Shown: piece after piece, positions 10,936-22,237 of the stretch
How the letters are laid out: the number at the start of each line of letters is the position of its first letter
Position numbering within the stretch: the stretch's first letter is position 1
Assembly (NCBI GenBank): GCA_023645945.1
Contig: JALAIB010000085.1
Location: 1 to 34,381, forward strand
Length of the DNA stretch: 34,381 bases
From: Diploschistes diacapsis
Taxonomy: Eukaryota
Direction: 5' to 3'
The notes under the pieces: model-generated
What the model saw: the letters and a program-made list of their open reading frames with translations, nothing else
What the model was told of the DNA's origin: nothing
Databases searched by the model: none
Program-made: the position numbers and the translations under genes

Positions 10936-12747
10936 ATGACTTTGAGAGAGGCTGCGCAGCGCATAGCTGCCGAGTTTGACTATCCGGCGGCAGATGTCAA
11001 CAGGGGTGTCAGGGAGTTCCTAAAGGAAATGGGTAGGCCAGGTACTGGTGCTCAGGATGCTGCTGCTAACCAAGGCGATACAGATGAGGGCTTGGTTAAA
11101 GTCAATGCTACAATGAGCCAGATTCCAACCTATGTCACAGCCGTTCCCAATGGAAAAGAGAAGGTGATTATGCCGCTTTTGCAGACCGCGATCAATTAAC
11201 GAGTTTAGGGCCTCTATCTCGCCGTCGATCTGGGAGGAACTAATTTTCGAGTCTGTTCTATACGCCTGAACGGAGATACGACTTTCTCCCTGACGCAATC
11301 AAAGGTGGCTATCCCAAGAGAGCTCATGGTAGCGAAGACATCAAAAGAGCTATTTGGTTTCTTGGCAAAGCAAATAGAGCTATTCCTCCAGATGCATCAC
11401 AATAAACATTTCGAAGCTACCATAAAGAGAAGGCAGACAATTAGTCGACCGGAAGGATACAGAGAAGAGGAAACCTTCCAATTGGGATTTACATTTAGCT
11501 TTCCGGTTCAGCAGGTAGGCATCAATAAAGGATATCTCATTCGCTGGACCAAAGGCTTCGACATTAAAGACGCCATTGGTAAAGACGTCTGCGCCCTGCT
11601 GCAAGAAGAATTGAATGCCCTGCAGCTGCCCGTCCGAGTTGCAGCGCTCGTAAACGATACGGTGGGTACGCTAATGGCAAGATCGTACACCTCTCCGAAC
11701 AAGACAAGCACACTGCTAGGCGCGATCTTTGGAACCGGCACAAACGGGGCATACGTTGAGAAATTGGACAAAGTTCAGAAGCTGAGGACAATGGAAGGCG
11801 TAGAAGACTACGACAAGAGCACGGGCGACATGATCGTGAACACAGAGTGGGGCTCGTTCGATAACTCCCTCAAAGTACTACCCAACACTCCTTATGACGA
11901 TACTCTTGATAGAGAAAGCGTCAACCCAGGCGTACAAATGTTCGAGAAGCGAGTATCTGGTATGTTTTTAGGTGAAGTGCTCCGTAGAGCATTGTTGGCT
12001 CTTGTCAAGGATCCAACAGCACAGATCTTCCACGACGAGGACTCGAGCAAGAACGAGTTCCACAGTACCACCACGATTGCCGAGAACTCGGCACTGTACA
12101 AGCAATGGGGCATCGATACCAGCTTTCTCAGCATCGTGCAGGATGACCAATCCCCAACTCTCAAGATCGTGCGGCACGCGCTAGAAAAAGACCTGTCTGT
12201 CGACGCCGCCAGCTTCGAGGACGCCGAGGCAGTGAAGCTCCTCGCCTCCGCGATCGGCAGACGATCTGCACGCCTGAGTGCTGTCGCCATCGGAGCGACC
12301 GTCATCAAGTCCGGCAGGCTTAGGACGGACCCCACGGTTGATGTCGGTGTGGACGGAAGCCTGGTCGAGTATTATCCCGAGTTCGAGGAGCTCATGAGGG
12401 AGGCGCTGCGCGAGATCACGGAGATCGGCGCGGAGGAGAAGAAGATACAGATCGGCATAGCGAAGGATGGTAGTGGCGTGGGTGCGGCGCTCATTGCGTG
12501 GTCTGCCGCCCAGAGGCTTAAGACAAATCAAGAAGGGTTAGTCGGTCCACAGATGGAATTTAGAAGGTCAAATACGCTAACAATACGCAGAAAACCCCCT
12601 GCGCTCTCTTCTAGTTCTCCCAAGCCTCGGCCGCAGCAGCAAAGGAGGGCTTCATTGACGCAGCGTATCCGCCATGCCTACAGGCGGTCGCTAGGAGCAA
12701 TCTTTGGGTCGGGTGGCACGGCAGAGGAACCGAATCCGGGAGACTAA
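10936..12747 (+). CDS. glkA: Glucokinase (hexokinase family, GLK1/GlkA type; ~553 aa from the AUG)
   Basis: Exons 10936-11032, 11084-11163, 11209-12536, 12591-12747 (introns 51, 45, 54 nt). Motifs: LAVDLGGTNFRV, LGFTFSFPV, LIRWTKGF, NDTVGT, IFGTGTNGAY, NTEWGSFD, FEKRVSGMFLGE, DGSGVGAAL. Confidence 0.93.
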
Positions 12748-13171
12748 CCATTAAGGTCACGGCTGGTGATGGTAAGGCCGGTATGGGCCTCTCCACCTTC
12801 TAGCATATTATAGCGTTTGAAAGAGTCAGGCTCTCGCAGGAGATGATGGAGCATCATATGCCATTGTATAGCTGTCACAAAGGAAAGCACTTGTACAAAG
12901 CTGGAAGGAATACATACTATACACACTCGAAGCTATGCGAGACCCTTTCCATAAGCGACAATCTTAAGGTTGATGCGATGCCTGGCACGGTTCTTGTCTC
13001 AAGCTCATGCCAAGCCCTTGTCTATTCTTCATACCCATCCCACCCCGAGCATAGAAGCTACCATCTCCCTCTCCCTCTCCCTCTCCCCCTTCTTCCACTC
13101 TTCGTCACCCTTCTCCTTTCATTTCTTCTCCCTTCTCTCCCTTCTTCCCTCCCCTCAATCTCGATGTCCCC

Positions 13172-14112
13172 CTACCTGTCCTTCCCTTCCACCTCATTCC
13201 AACCAACATCTCCCTTCAAAACCCTCCCCAAAAACACCCCCTCCAATCTCCGCACCTCCGCCCGAAACGCCTCCACCTCCGCCCAGCAATCCAGCGGCCG
13301 CCGATCGTTCGCCCTCAGACACCGAACCAGTCCTTCCTTCGCCCGCGCGACGCCCGCGTCGTTCGCGACGTCTTCTTTTTCCTGCCGCGCCGAGAGCTTT
13401 TGCTGCAGCGCGGAGATGCTGGATTGGACCCGGGCGCGGGAGAGGGTTGTTGGGTCTTTTGCGTTGGTGTTGGAATTGCTAGGGGAGGAGGATGATGGAG
13501 AGGAGGTTGGGGGTTGGGTTTGAGGAGATGAGAGGAAAGAGGGAGGGGAGCGCGGCTGCTGGGAGGCGGGTTTGCTGGGGTCTGGGAAGATGGAGGGGTC
13601 GGAGACTGTGGGCCACTTGGGGGTTTTGGATGGAGGGGAGGGTTGTTTTGAGGCTGTTGGGGTGGAGGAGGGTGTGGACGGGGAGTCGGCGGATATTTGC
13701 TCGGACAGGTCGCGTAGGATTTTGTCCTGTTGTTCGGCGAGGCGCGTGAGCTCAGCGTGTACCCGGTTTTGAATGTGTAGCTCTAGGTCTTTAGCGCGGG
13801 TTGAGTCGGTCTGGGAGAAAGGGAGGATAGAGGGTTAGCGGAGGTCTTGTGAGGGAGTTGGGAGGGTTAGTGAGGAGAAGGGAGAAGGGAGGAGACGGGG
13901 GAGAGTGGAGGGCATAAATGGGACCTACCTCGTTGCTGTTCTGCAGGGCGTCAATCACTTCCTGGGAGAAGCGTACAGGGGTGTCGCTGCGCGGGAGTAA
14001 GCATGTGCAGTGCTGGGAGCTGGGAGCTGGGAGCTGGGAGCTGGGAGCTGGGCTACCTCTTGAAGACATGCTGTGTTTTCGTTTCTGCGGGTTTTGAAGT
14101 ACCTTGGCCCAT
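13172..14112 (-). CDS. MIC19: MICOS complex subunit Mic19 (Aim13 / DUF1690; ~250 aa)
   Basis: Missed by the ORF track. Exons 14112-14057, 13986-13929, 13810-13172. Translation: MGQGTSKP (myristoylation motif), HVFKSDTPVRFSQEVIDALQNSNETDSTRAKDLELHIQNRV, and C-terminal LVRCLRANDRRPLDCWAEVEAFRAEVRRLE (Cx10C). Confidence 0.88.
14012..14052 (+). repeat. Heptamer tandem repeat (GCTGGGA) x~5.9 inside MIC19 intron 1
   Basis: Five perfect GCTGGGA units plus GCTGGG are directly visible. Confidence 0.95.
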
Positions 14113-14697
14113 TGCAGTAAGCTTCAATGGCGAGTATCGAGGGTTCTACGGATGCGTGATTGTGTTCATGTCAGACGGCGGAGGTTGAGAAAAAGATGGC
14201 CCTGTAAGGCAGCGCCAAGAGACTAGGATTCTGCTCCGATATTCATCACAAAAATGAATATGGTTAAGAATAAAGTGTCCTTGGCCTGATCATTCTATGA
14301 GAGGTCACAGCGTCTGTCTTTACTATCTATCGGATCTTCGATAGCGCACACTACAATGATGGTGAATAGATGCAGCGCCTCGTTCATCACATCTGGCTTT
14401 CCCAGTAACTGAGGTTATGGGAGAGACCATTAGCATAAGGTAATCGAACATCTGCAAGCATCTCCTGGGTTCAATCCTCTCGTTGAAAATCTCTTCAAAG
14501 GTCCATTTGCGAACAGGTTCTTTATCTCGCTACCTCTTCTCCATGACCTGTCATTCAGCATAGATTGAATGCCACAAAGAGTTGTTTTTCTAATCTAAAG
14601 GCTATCGGCCAGCAAGAACTCCTGATAGGCATTTGATTCGGCCCTGAACATGTGGAGCTAGAGTTGAACAGGAGTACCCTTGCTAGAGGCGAGCAAT

Positions 14698-15567
14698 CTA
14701 GGTAATGACCATCCCAGAGTCTACCCTTATCCGCTCACCAGTAAGCCCAGGATTCTTCGCTGCAAAGACAAAAGCAAGTGCTACGTCCTCTGTTGTTGTT
14801 ATCCTGTCCAGCACGGCCATATTCTTATAACCTTCGATGCGTTCCTCGGTCAAGGCCTCGCTTCTCTCAGTCTGGACCAGTCCCGGCGCAACTGCGTTCA
14901 CACGAACCTTGGGGCCATGTGTGGCTGCCAAGCACTTCATGAGATGCAACCCGCCAGCTCTGCACACGGAATACGCGAGACTGTTCCCGTTGGTCATGAC
15001 ACCCGCAATGGACGACATGATCAAGAAGATACCACCTTCCGGATTACTATTGAACGTGTCCAGAACTGCTTGGAACAAAAACAAGATCGATTTGATGTTT
15101 ATGGCAAAGGTGTAGTCCCAATCGCTTTCCGATAAAGCGTGGACGTCCTTGAAGTCTGCAATCTTGGAGTCCCCCTGGGCTCGGTCAGCTCCCCAATCAT
15201 GGCCCACTATGTGACTGATGAGAATTCAATTACGCCATTGTTGATCACAATATCCAGGCCGCCTAGTTTCTGTATGCTTTCAGCAACCACGCGGTAGCAG
15301 TCTTCCTGTTTGCTCATATCCTAACGAACGTTATTTGGTAATGCCCCCCGAACACGAATGGCAGGCGTTTACTCCTTGTATCACAGCCGTATTGATGCTA
15401 TGAGCATCCTCCATTTCCTTGGCAATCCCATTGGCCTTGTCCTCATTCGACAAGTATGTAATGGCAATATGACAGCCCTCCTTTGCGAATTCTCGGACGA
15501 TAGCAGCACCCAAGCCTCGACCGCCTCCGGTAATAAGCGCCTTCCGCCCCTTTAGATCGTATACCAT
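14698..15567 (-). CDS. Classical short-chain dehydrogenase/reductase (~252 aa)
   Basis: Exons 15567-15373, 15320-15234, 15174-14698. Rossmann motif ALITGGGRGLG, LGGLDIVINNGG, MSSIAG, Y-S-V-C-R, VRVNAVAPG, TGERIRVDSG. Confidence 0.9.
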
Positions 15568-16184
15568 TGTGTCGGTCTCTTAACTGCTGTAGCAGGACTG
15601 ATCCATAAACGTCCGGCGTTTTTCTACACTTAAATACTCATCATTTTACCCCGCGTTGTCAGTTCGGTTCGGTGTTATGTAATAGACTTGATAGAACAGC
15701 ACATTATCGCCGTAACCGCCAATCTCGAGCTGACCGGTATTCGCAGCAGCGACAGGGTGGATACAAGTTGTAGGCTTAGACTTGGGCTGGTTACTAAGGT
15801 CGATTAGGAGTGCCGAAATTCTGGAATATATCCTGCAACATCTCGAACCCCTTCTCCAAAAACGTCAAGCTTTACCACCCGATGGACATTAAACACAACT
15901 AACCTACGGTTCTCTGTCTGCTGGGAAGTATTCGTGCAGAAGAGTTGCCGAATTCTGGCCCGGCACGTGGAGGGGCAACATGTCATATCCATATCTATTA
16001 ACAGAAGAGAGCTTCGTGAGTACATCAAATGTAGGTTTCTCTCAAATATCATTCCTACCAACTCAAGACTCTCAATTCAATACACCACCGCTTAGCTTTC
16101 ACATTTTGCGTTTCCAACTTGTTTTCTTTTGTTACAGTCCCCTAGCCTTCCAAAGACGTATTCATCCGCCCCAAGAATCCCAAA

Positions 16185-17347
16185 ATGGATTCCCCCCACA
16201 CCAAGCTTCCCCCCATGAAAGACCTCACAATAGAAAACATAACCCATAACACTATAACCACCAACTCCCTCAACCCCTCACCGCGCCTACGCTTCCTCCT
16301 CTCCCGCCTGGTCACCCACATGCACGATTTCGCGCGTGAGACCCGGCTCTCGACATCCGAGTGGCGCTCCGGCATCGACTTCCTGACCGCGACCCGCCAA
16401 ACCTGCACCCCAGACCGACAGGAATTCATCCTCCTCTCCGACATCCTCGGGCTCTCGCTGCTCGTTGACGCGATCGACCACCCGAAGCCGCCCGGCGCGA
16501 CAGAGGGCTCCGTGCTGGGGCCCTTCCACACGCACGACGTGCCGCACATGCGCTCGGGAGACTCCATCTCGCACGACCCGCGTGGCGAGCCGTGTCTTGT
16601 GCTCTGCAGCGTGCGGGACGGCAGCGGGAACGCGATCCCCGGCGTGAAGGTGGATGTCTGGGAGACGGACAGCTCGGGGCATTACGATGTGCAGTATGCG
16701 GACCGGAAGGCGCCGGATGGGCGGTGCGTGATGCGGAGCGGTGAGGATGGGGGGTTTTGGTTTCGGGCGATCAGGCCGGTGAGCTATCCGATTCCGCACG
16801 ATGGGCCGGTGGGGAAGCTGCTGTTGCTGCTGAATAGGCATCCGTTTCGGCCGGCGCATATGCATTTCATTTTCGAGAAGGAGGGGTGGGATCGCTTGAT
16901 TACGTGAGTCGTCCGTGCCTTTTCCTTCAGGCTGCCTTGCATCCTGGTGGGCGAGACAAGTATGAGTCTCCGACCCGCGATGTTGGGAGCTTGAAATAGC
17001 TGTCAAAAGCTTCGCTCTCCGCTATCTTGGGGCCCTGCGCCATGTGGCACTCTGCCTCTGTGACTGACACCCTTCACCCGCACAGCGCGCTCTACATCCG
17101 CGGCGACCCCTACGAGACCTCGGACGCCGTCTTCGGCGTCAAAAACTCCCTGCTCGTCGACTTCGAGCAGGCGGACGAGGAAACCGTAAAGAAATACGAC
17201 GTCAAAGCCGGCAGCCTGGTGCTGAAGCACGACTTCGTGCTCGTGTCTGCCAAGGAGACGAGCGATTTGCGGGATCGGCTGTCGAAGGAGGCGCTCGGGC
17301 AGAAGGTGAAGATTCTCCATGGGTTGCCTGTGCCGGATGTGGATTAG
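16185..17347 (+). CDS. Intradiol ring-cleavage dioxygenase, hydroxyquinol/catechol 1,2-dioxygenase type (~326 aa)
   Basis: Exons 16185-16903 and 17086-17347. The 182-nt intron has GTGAGT...CTGAC...CAG. Motifs: RQEFILLSDILG, TEGSVLGPF, Fe ligands in GHYDVQY, PVSYPIP and RPAHMH, and SDAVFGVK. Confidence 0.93.
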
Positions 17348-17700
17348 GTGAGGCGGGTGAGGTGGTGGAAGCGGAGAGTGAACGGGGACGTATGAAGTAT
17401 GATGAGCGATGTATGATTTCTGAAGAGCTTTTATTGCTTTTTGTTTGTTCGTGATGGGTTTGTGTACATTGCTCGTGTGGCTTTATCCGCCTCCTCCCAT
17501 GTCCCATGCGGATCCATTGAGGAAGGTGCCCATAAGGATCTCGTTCATCCAACGACACGCCATAGATCCAAAGAATATAACTACATAGCGCGTGCGCATA
17601 GAAGAGAAGAACCTTCATCAACATCAACCAAAATGTACACCAGACAACGCAATCATACACCTACATGCCATTTTGAGGGGATCCGTTGTTCTGCGTCTCT

Positions 17701-20700
17701 TTACCCACGACTCAAACCCTCAACGGTCCGCAGGGCCTCGTTCAACGAGACCACCTTCTCACCATCCCTGGGCCTTCCAAAAGGACTGAACTTGCGTTCG
17801 TCCCATTTTCTGAACGCCAATTGCATGTCTTTCGGGGTCGGTCCGGCCGCAGCCAAGAAGACAACGTGACCATGCGGAACGAATGGACGGTCTTGGGCGG
17901 ATGCAGCAAGGATGCCGTATTCCTGCGCAAAGTTGAGGGCTAGAGTAAAAGAGGCGAACTTGGAGGTAGCAAGCGGCCCGACAATACTAAATTTGTTAAT
18001 CAGTTATGGAGGATGAGTATAGGGTTCTTTTGTTGCTGAAACTTACATGTAAATTTCGAAGAAGGCATCTAGCATGTAGATGCCGTCCCTCGCGATATCG
18101 GCCTGAGAATAAGGCGAGATCTCTTTGATTTGGCCGCTCGCATCCTCGTTAGAGGGAGCGCTTGGTCGCCGGGTGAATAATCCTGTGAAACTTGATGCGG
18201 ATTTGGGTCGCGCATCTGTGTCGATAGCAAACAGGCGAGTCTCATAATTCCCCACGCTGCCTTTCTGTAACCAATGCTCAGTCAATGGACTTGTGTTGCC
18301 AGACGGCTTGAGTGCTCCAAGAAAGGCGCGAGGCTCGTTTCCCTCGTCGACTTCGTCTATTTCGCTCGTAAGACCCAAATCCATGCCTATCAGACGCGCG
18401 CATCCTAGCTCATCTGCATTTGCTCCTTTCCCTTTCCAGAGATAGACATGTCCGCCGGTAGCGGCGACAATGAAAGGAAAGCCACTACACAGACTTGCTT
18501 GAGAGTGATCGACCTCATCGAAAGCTATTTGACCCATGTGCCGTCGGCCACACAGTGTGTAAGTGGCGGCAGAATTTCGGCGTGTAATGACGATACCACC
18601 CAGAGCCTCGAAGAAATTCGACGACTCTTTCCCCTGAGCAAGAGCTTGTAGCTTCCCTCCGGCGTCCCTAGCTTCATTGCGTGCAAAGAGCTGCGCATCT
18701 TCAACTGCAGACTGCGAGACTTGGTCTCCGCACCAGAGATATACCTCGGTGATCCTCTTGCCATTGGAGGACCCAAACACATGCTTGCAAAGATACATCT
18801 TATCCTCGAATAGGATGTGCTCCTGATGTGCCGCTAGGGGCGTTTTTTTGCCATCAGCGCCAAGCTCCCAAATCTCTTTCCTCAAAGTCTTGATCTTGCC
18901 CTCGCCACTTGCAACACCTGAAAGGAGAGCGTGAGCATTGATGCCAGCCTTGCTAGTCTGACTACTAGAGTTATCAAAGAAGCCACTGAATACTTTAGAA
19001 GGACTGCTGTGACTTGAACCGGCGAGCAAGTCTGGCTTTGGTTCGCGAATCTGCGGACTTGAAAGACTATTGGACGCAATTCGAGCTAGAGCTTTGGGTT
19101 TATTGGACGGTATTGGTGGTGACTTTGGTGACTCCTGCAGTAAAGATCGGTTCTTGGTCGCTGCTCGACTTGAAATTGGGGTGGCTGGTTTCGTGGGAAT
19201 ATCTTGAGATTGAGTTTCGGATGGGTTGCGCTCCAGCTTCAATGCTGGAGGAATTTTTGGTATTATAGTTGGACTAAGATTCGATGGAGCGAGTTGAGGC
19301 TTGCGGCTTTGGATCTCGGGCTTCGAGGGCAGTGCTAATGGTCGAGGAGAGTATGTGGTGGGATTTTGATTGTCGCTCACAACGGCCGAAGACGCTAACT
19401 TTCCAACGCTTGGATTAGAAGAACGAGTCTGGCAAGAAGATGGAGCAGTATCGCTGGAAGCAGTGCGTAAGGTCAAAGTTTCCATGCTTGGCTTGGGCGA
19501 GCGAATTTCTGGAGGTTTTGGCTGAAACGAGGACTTCCTGTCGGCAGTGCCTGTGGACTCTGTTGCGGGTTTCGTTGAGGTGTCGGGCGTCGAAGTAGAG
19601 TCAGATGTTTTCGAGACTTGAGGTAACCGCCTTTTTGGACCTCGAGCTCTGGACTTCGTGGCGTGAGTCAGCTGAGAGCTTTGCGAAGCACCACTCAGTC
19701 GCTCCTCATTCTCCGCTGGTCTAGGACTCTTGCTATGAGCTGGGGGTTCCCCAGCAGACACGGCAGACGGCCCTCGAGCAATGGTCCCTGGCAAAGAAGG
19801 GTTGAACCTCTCGGCCAAGCCGTTGCTCAAGCCGCCTGCTCCAATTTGAAGGCGACCCGGTGCACTCGTCTTTTTCTCGATAGGCGCAAACTTTGGTGGT
19901 TCGATTTGCATAGACGATTGCTTTTGAGGTGCTTCGGGCTTCGGTCGCTCTGCGGGCGGAGTAGCTGTAGAGTCTTGAGTACCCAGCCCCCGCTGCCTTG
20001 CAATAGCTTCAGGTAAAGAATAGTCAGAGGGCTTCGGAGTTGGAGTTGGCTTGCCACGGATCGAGCCATCAGTTTTCATTGCTTCCTTCTTTTTCAGAAG
20101 GCTATCTCTGAAGTCATCTCGCTTCTCGTACTTGCGTGGACCTCCGGTAGTTGCCAGCCCAGCCTTGCCTCGCGCAATGTTGCCTCTCAACTCATCCGGA
20201 GCAATGTAATTCTTGGTCTCAGCCTTCTTGAGCTTGCCAAACATGTTTTTGAACTCAGGTTCTTCATCCGCAGATTTGTCCTTCCCAGGCTCATAGCTTT
20301 TCAAGTTTGCCCTGAAATTCTTTTTTGGTGGCGTTTCGGGCTTTGGCTTTACCCCTGCCGACGTTTTTCTTGTGCCCAGCTCAATTCTGGGAGATTGCGA
20401 ACCATTGGTAGTCTTTTTGCGGTCTGAAGGCGACGGCAAGGGTTCTTCTGTTTTACCTGGGGAAGATTGCACTGTAATTTCCTTATCACTGAAGCCCGAT
20501 GTATTCGAAGTGAATGACTCCTGTGGATTATCCTTAGGCTCATTTGGAAAGCTACTCGCTCGTGCCAGCGACGGGGCTTTGTCGCTAACTGAAGGGGCAG
20601 GAAACCCACCGAAACCTGGAGATTTAGAGGCCGATCCCAGAGCAGGGGAGCGCATGAAGCCTCCAATTTCTACCTGTTTGTAGCTCGGAGACCTTCCATC

Positions 20701-22237
20701 ATCGTGGGACGTCGCAGACTGTTTGGATTTTTGGAGCTCTGAAAGCCACATCGGCGGCTTCTGGGGGGATGGCTTAGGCTTTGGTGAGTCTGTCTTTTGA
20801 ATTGCGCTCTCAAGCCATGTGGTCTTTGTCGGACTCCAGCGTCTTGAGTCCATAGTCCGCGAGGATACTATAGGTAGAGTTGCATCCGCTGAATCTGCGA
20901 ATTGATCCTTCTCTTGCTGATGAGATTGGGCACGACTGGGCAAAGCAGGCTTTACGAATCCACCGTTATCCTCTGCCCCCGCGGCTCTAAGTGCAATTGG
21001 TTCATCCATATTCTCATTCCGCGTGCTAATTACAGAATTGCTGCGGCTGAGCGAAGCCGTCGCCTGCGAGCCAGCCCTCATGTGTTTGTTGATGCTGTCA
21101 GATCTTTTCAACATGGCACTCTGAACGAATCCTCCAAGGCCTTTTGTTGGTGAAGATGGGCGTTCTGTTCGTTCTGGAGATAGACTTCGTTGAGATGGGG
21201 ACATGGCGAGTCCACGTAGGGGTGAAGTATCGGCAGATAGTGGACTCGCACCCTCTCTTTGCGAAGGCTCTAAACGCTGTGAGGACAGTAATGGCAGTGG
21301 CGATTTAGATCTAGAAGAAAATGTGTTGGTTGTAGAGGACTGAATAGTTGAGAGAGTGCCCTTAGTTATTGTTGATTCGCCCGATGATCGTTTATCTGCG
21401 TCCCGTGAGTTTCTTGTATTAGCCTCTTCACTTTTTTGATCCATAGCTGGTGACAAACCCGGGAGCCGCACACTGTCGCCGGTATTGGTTGGATCGTCTT
21501 CTTGATTTCTGCGAAAGGCAGCTGACCCGTTTCCTCGATCTGCGGTCTGACGAAACCAAGACGGATCTTTGCCTTCTAACGAACGTGCTACATCGGCTCT
21601 CGACGTCGTCTCCGGCCCGTTGGGCTGTGTGGACTCGGGCATTGCTCTTGGTGATTTGCTTTCCGAAGCCAACATAGACAGTGGCCGTCCTTTCATTGTA
21701 CCCGAGCCTTGAGAAGAGGGTCTCTGCTGCCAGGATAGCGTACCAGAACGTGACAAAGAAGTAGTGTTTGAAGGTGGTGGGGAAGGTTTCGCAGATTCAA
21801 GGTCTATTTGAGTTGTAGAGTTGCGCGCAACGTTCGATCTGGCTGAGATTGCATTGGAGTCTTGGGGCATCGAGTCACCAAGTCCAAGAGACGGTGTTGG
21901 TGAGGCTCGGTACGAATAAGTAACGTGAGAAGCAGGTTTCGTAGTTGAAGGTGTTGTCGTTCGAGGGGAGTCTTTGGTTGGTGAAAGTGACTTAGCGCGT
22001 TCTAAACAGTGAGAGATAAGCTCAATTCTGCGCACTAGTTGTTCAATAGAATAATCATGGATCAAGCAGCCTACCTGCTCGCCGTGCTTCTCTCTCTTTC
22101 CGACCTTGTAGAATCTCCTCTTCTAGTTTTTTTGTGCGCTCCTCATCTTCTCTGTTCTTCCTATCACCTAGCTCCCTAATTTTTTCCAGAAAGTCCGCTA
22201 CATCCTCGGATCCATCACCGTCGCCAATAGCTGCCAT
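17701..22237 (-). CDS. DUF4045-type low-complexity protein with C-terminal gelsolin/villin-like repeats (~1467 aa)
   Basis: Exons 22237-22075, 22001-18047, 17986-17701. N-terminal DVADFLEKIRELG...EEEILQGRKER...RAERAKSLSP; SWFRQTADRG; SPTKGLGGFVQSAMLKRSDS. Gelsolin-like VYLWCG...QGKESSNFFEALGG, VYLWKGKGA...EGNEP, YMLDAFFEIYIIVG. Confidence 0.85.

Noticed and set aside
12843..13772. Plus-strand ORFs of 226 and 170 aa
   Set aside because: Antisense to MIC19; low-complexity products of the C/T-rich skew.
14320..14545. Minus-strand ~70-codon frame (KEPVRKWTFEEIFNERIEP...) following MEKR*
   Set aside because: Protein-like by eye but no recognisable homology; cannot be supported as a pseudogene without a search.
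16287..17006. 239-aa antisense ORF over the dioxygenase
   Set aside because: GC-rich shadow ORF with Arg/Pro/His-biased composition.
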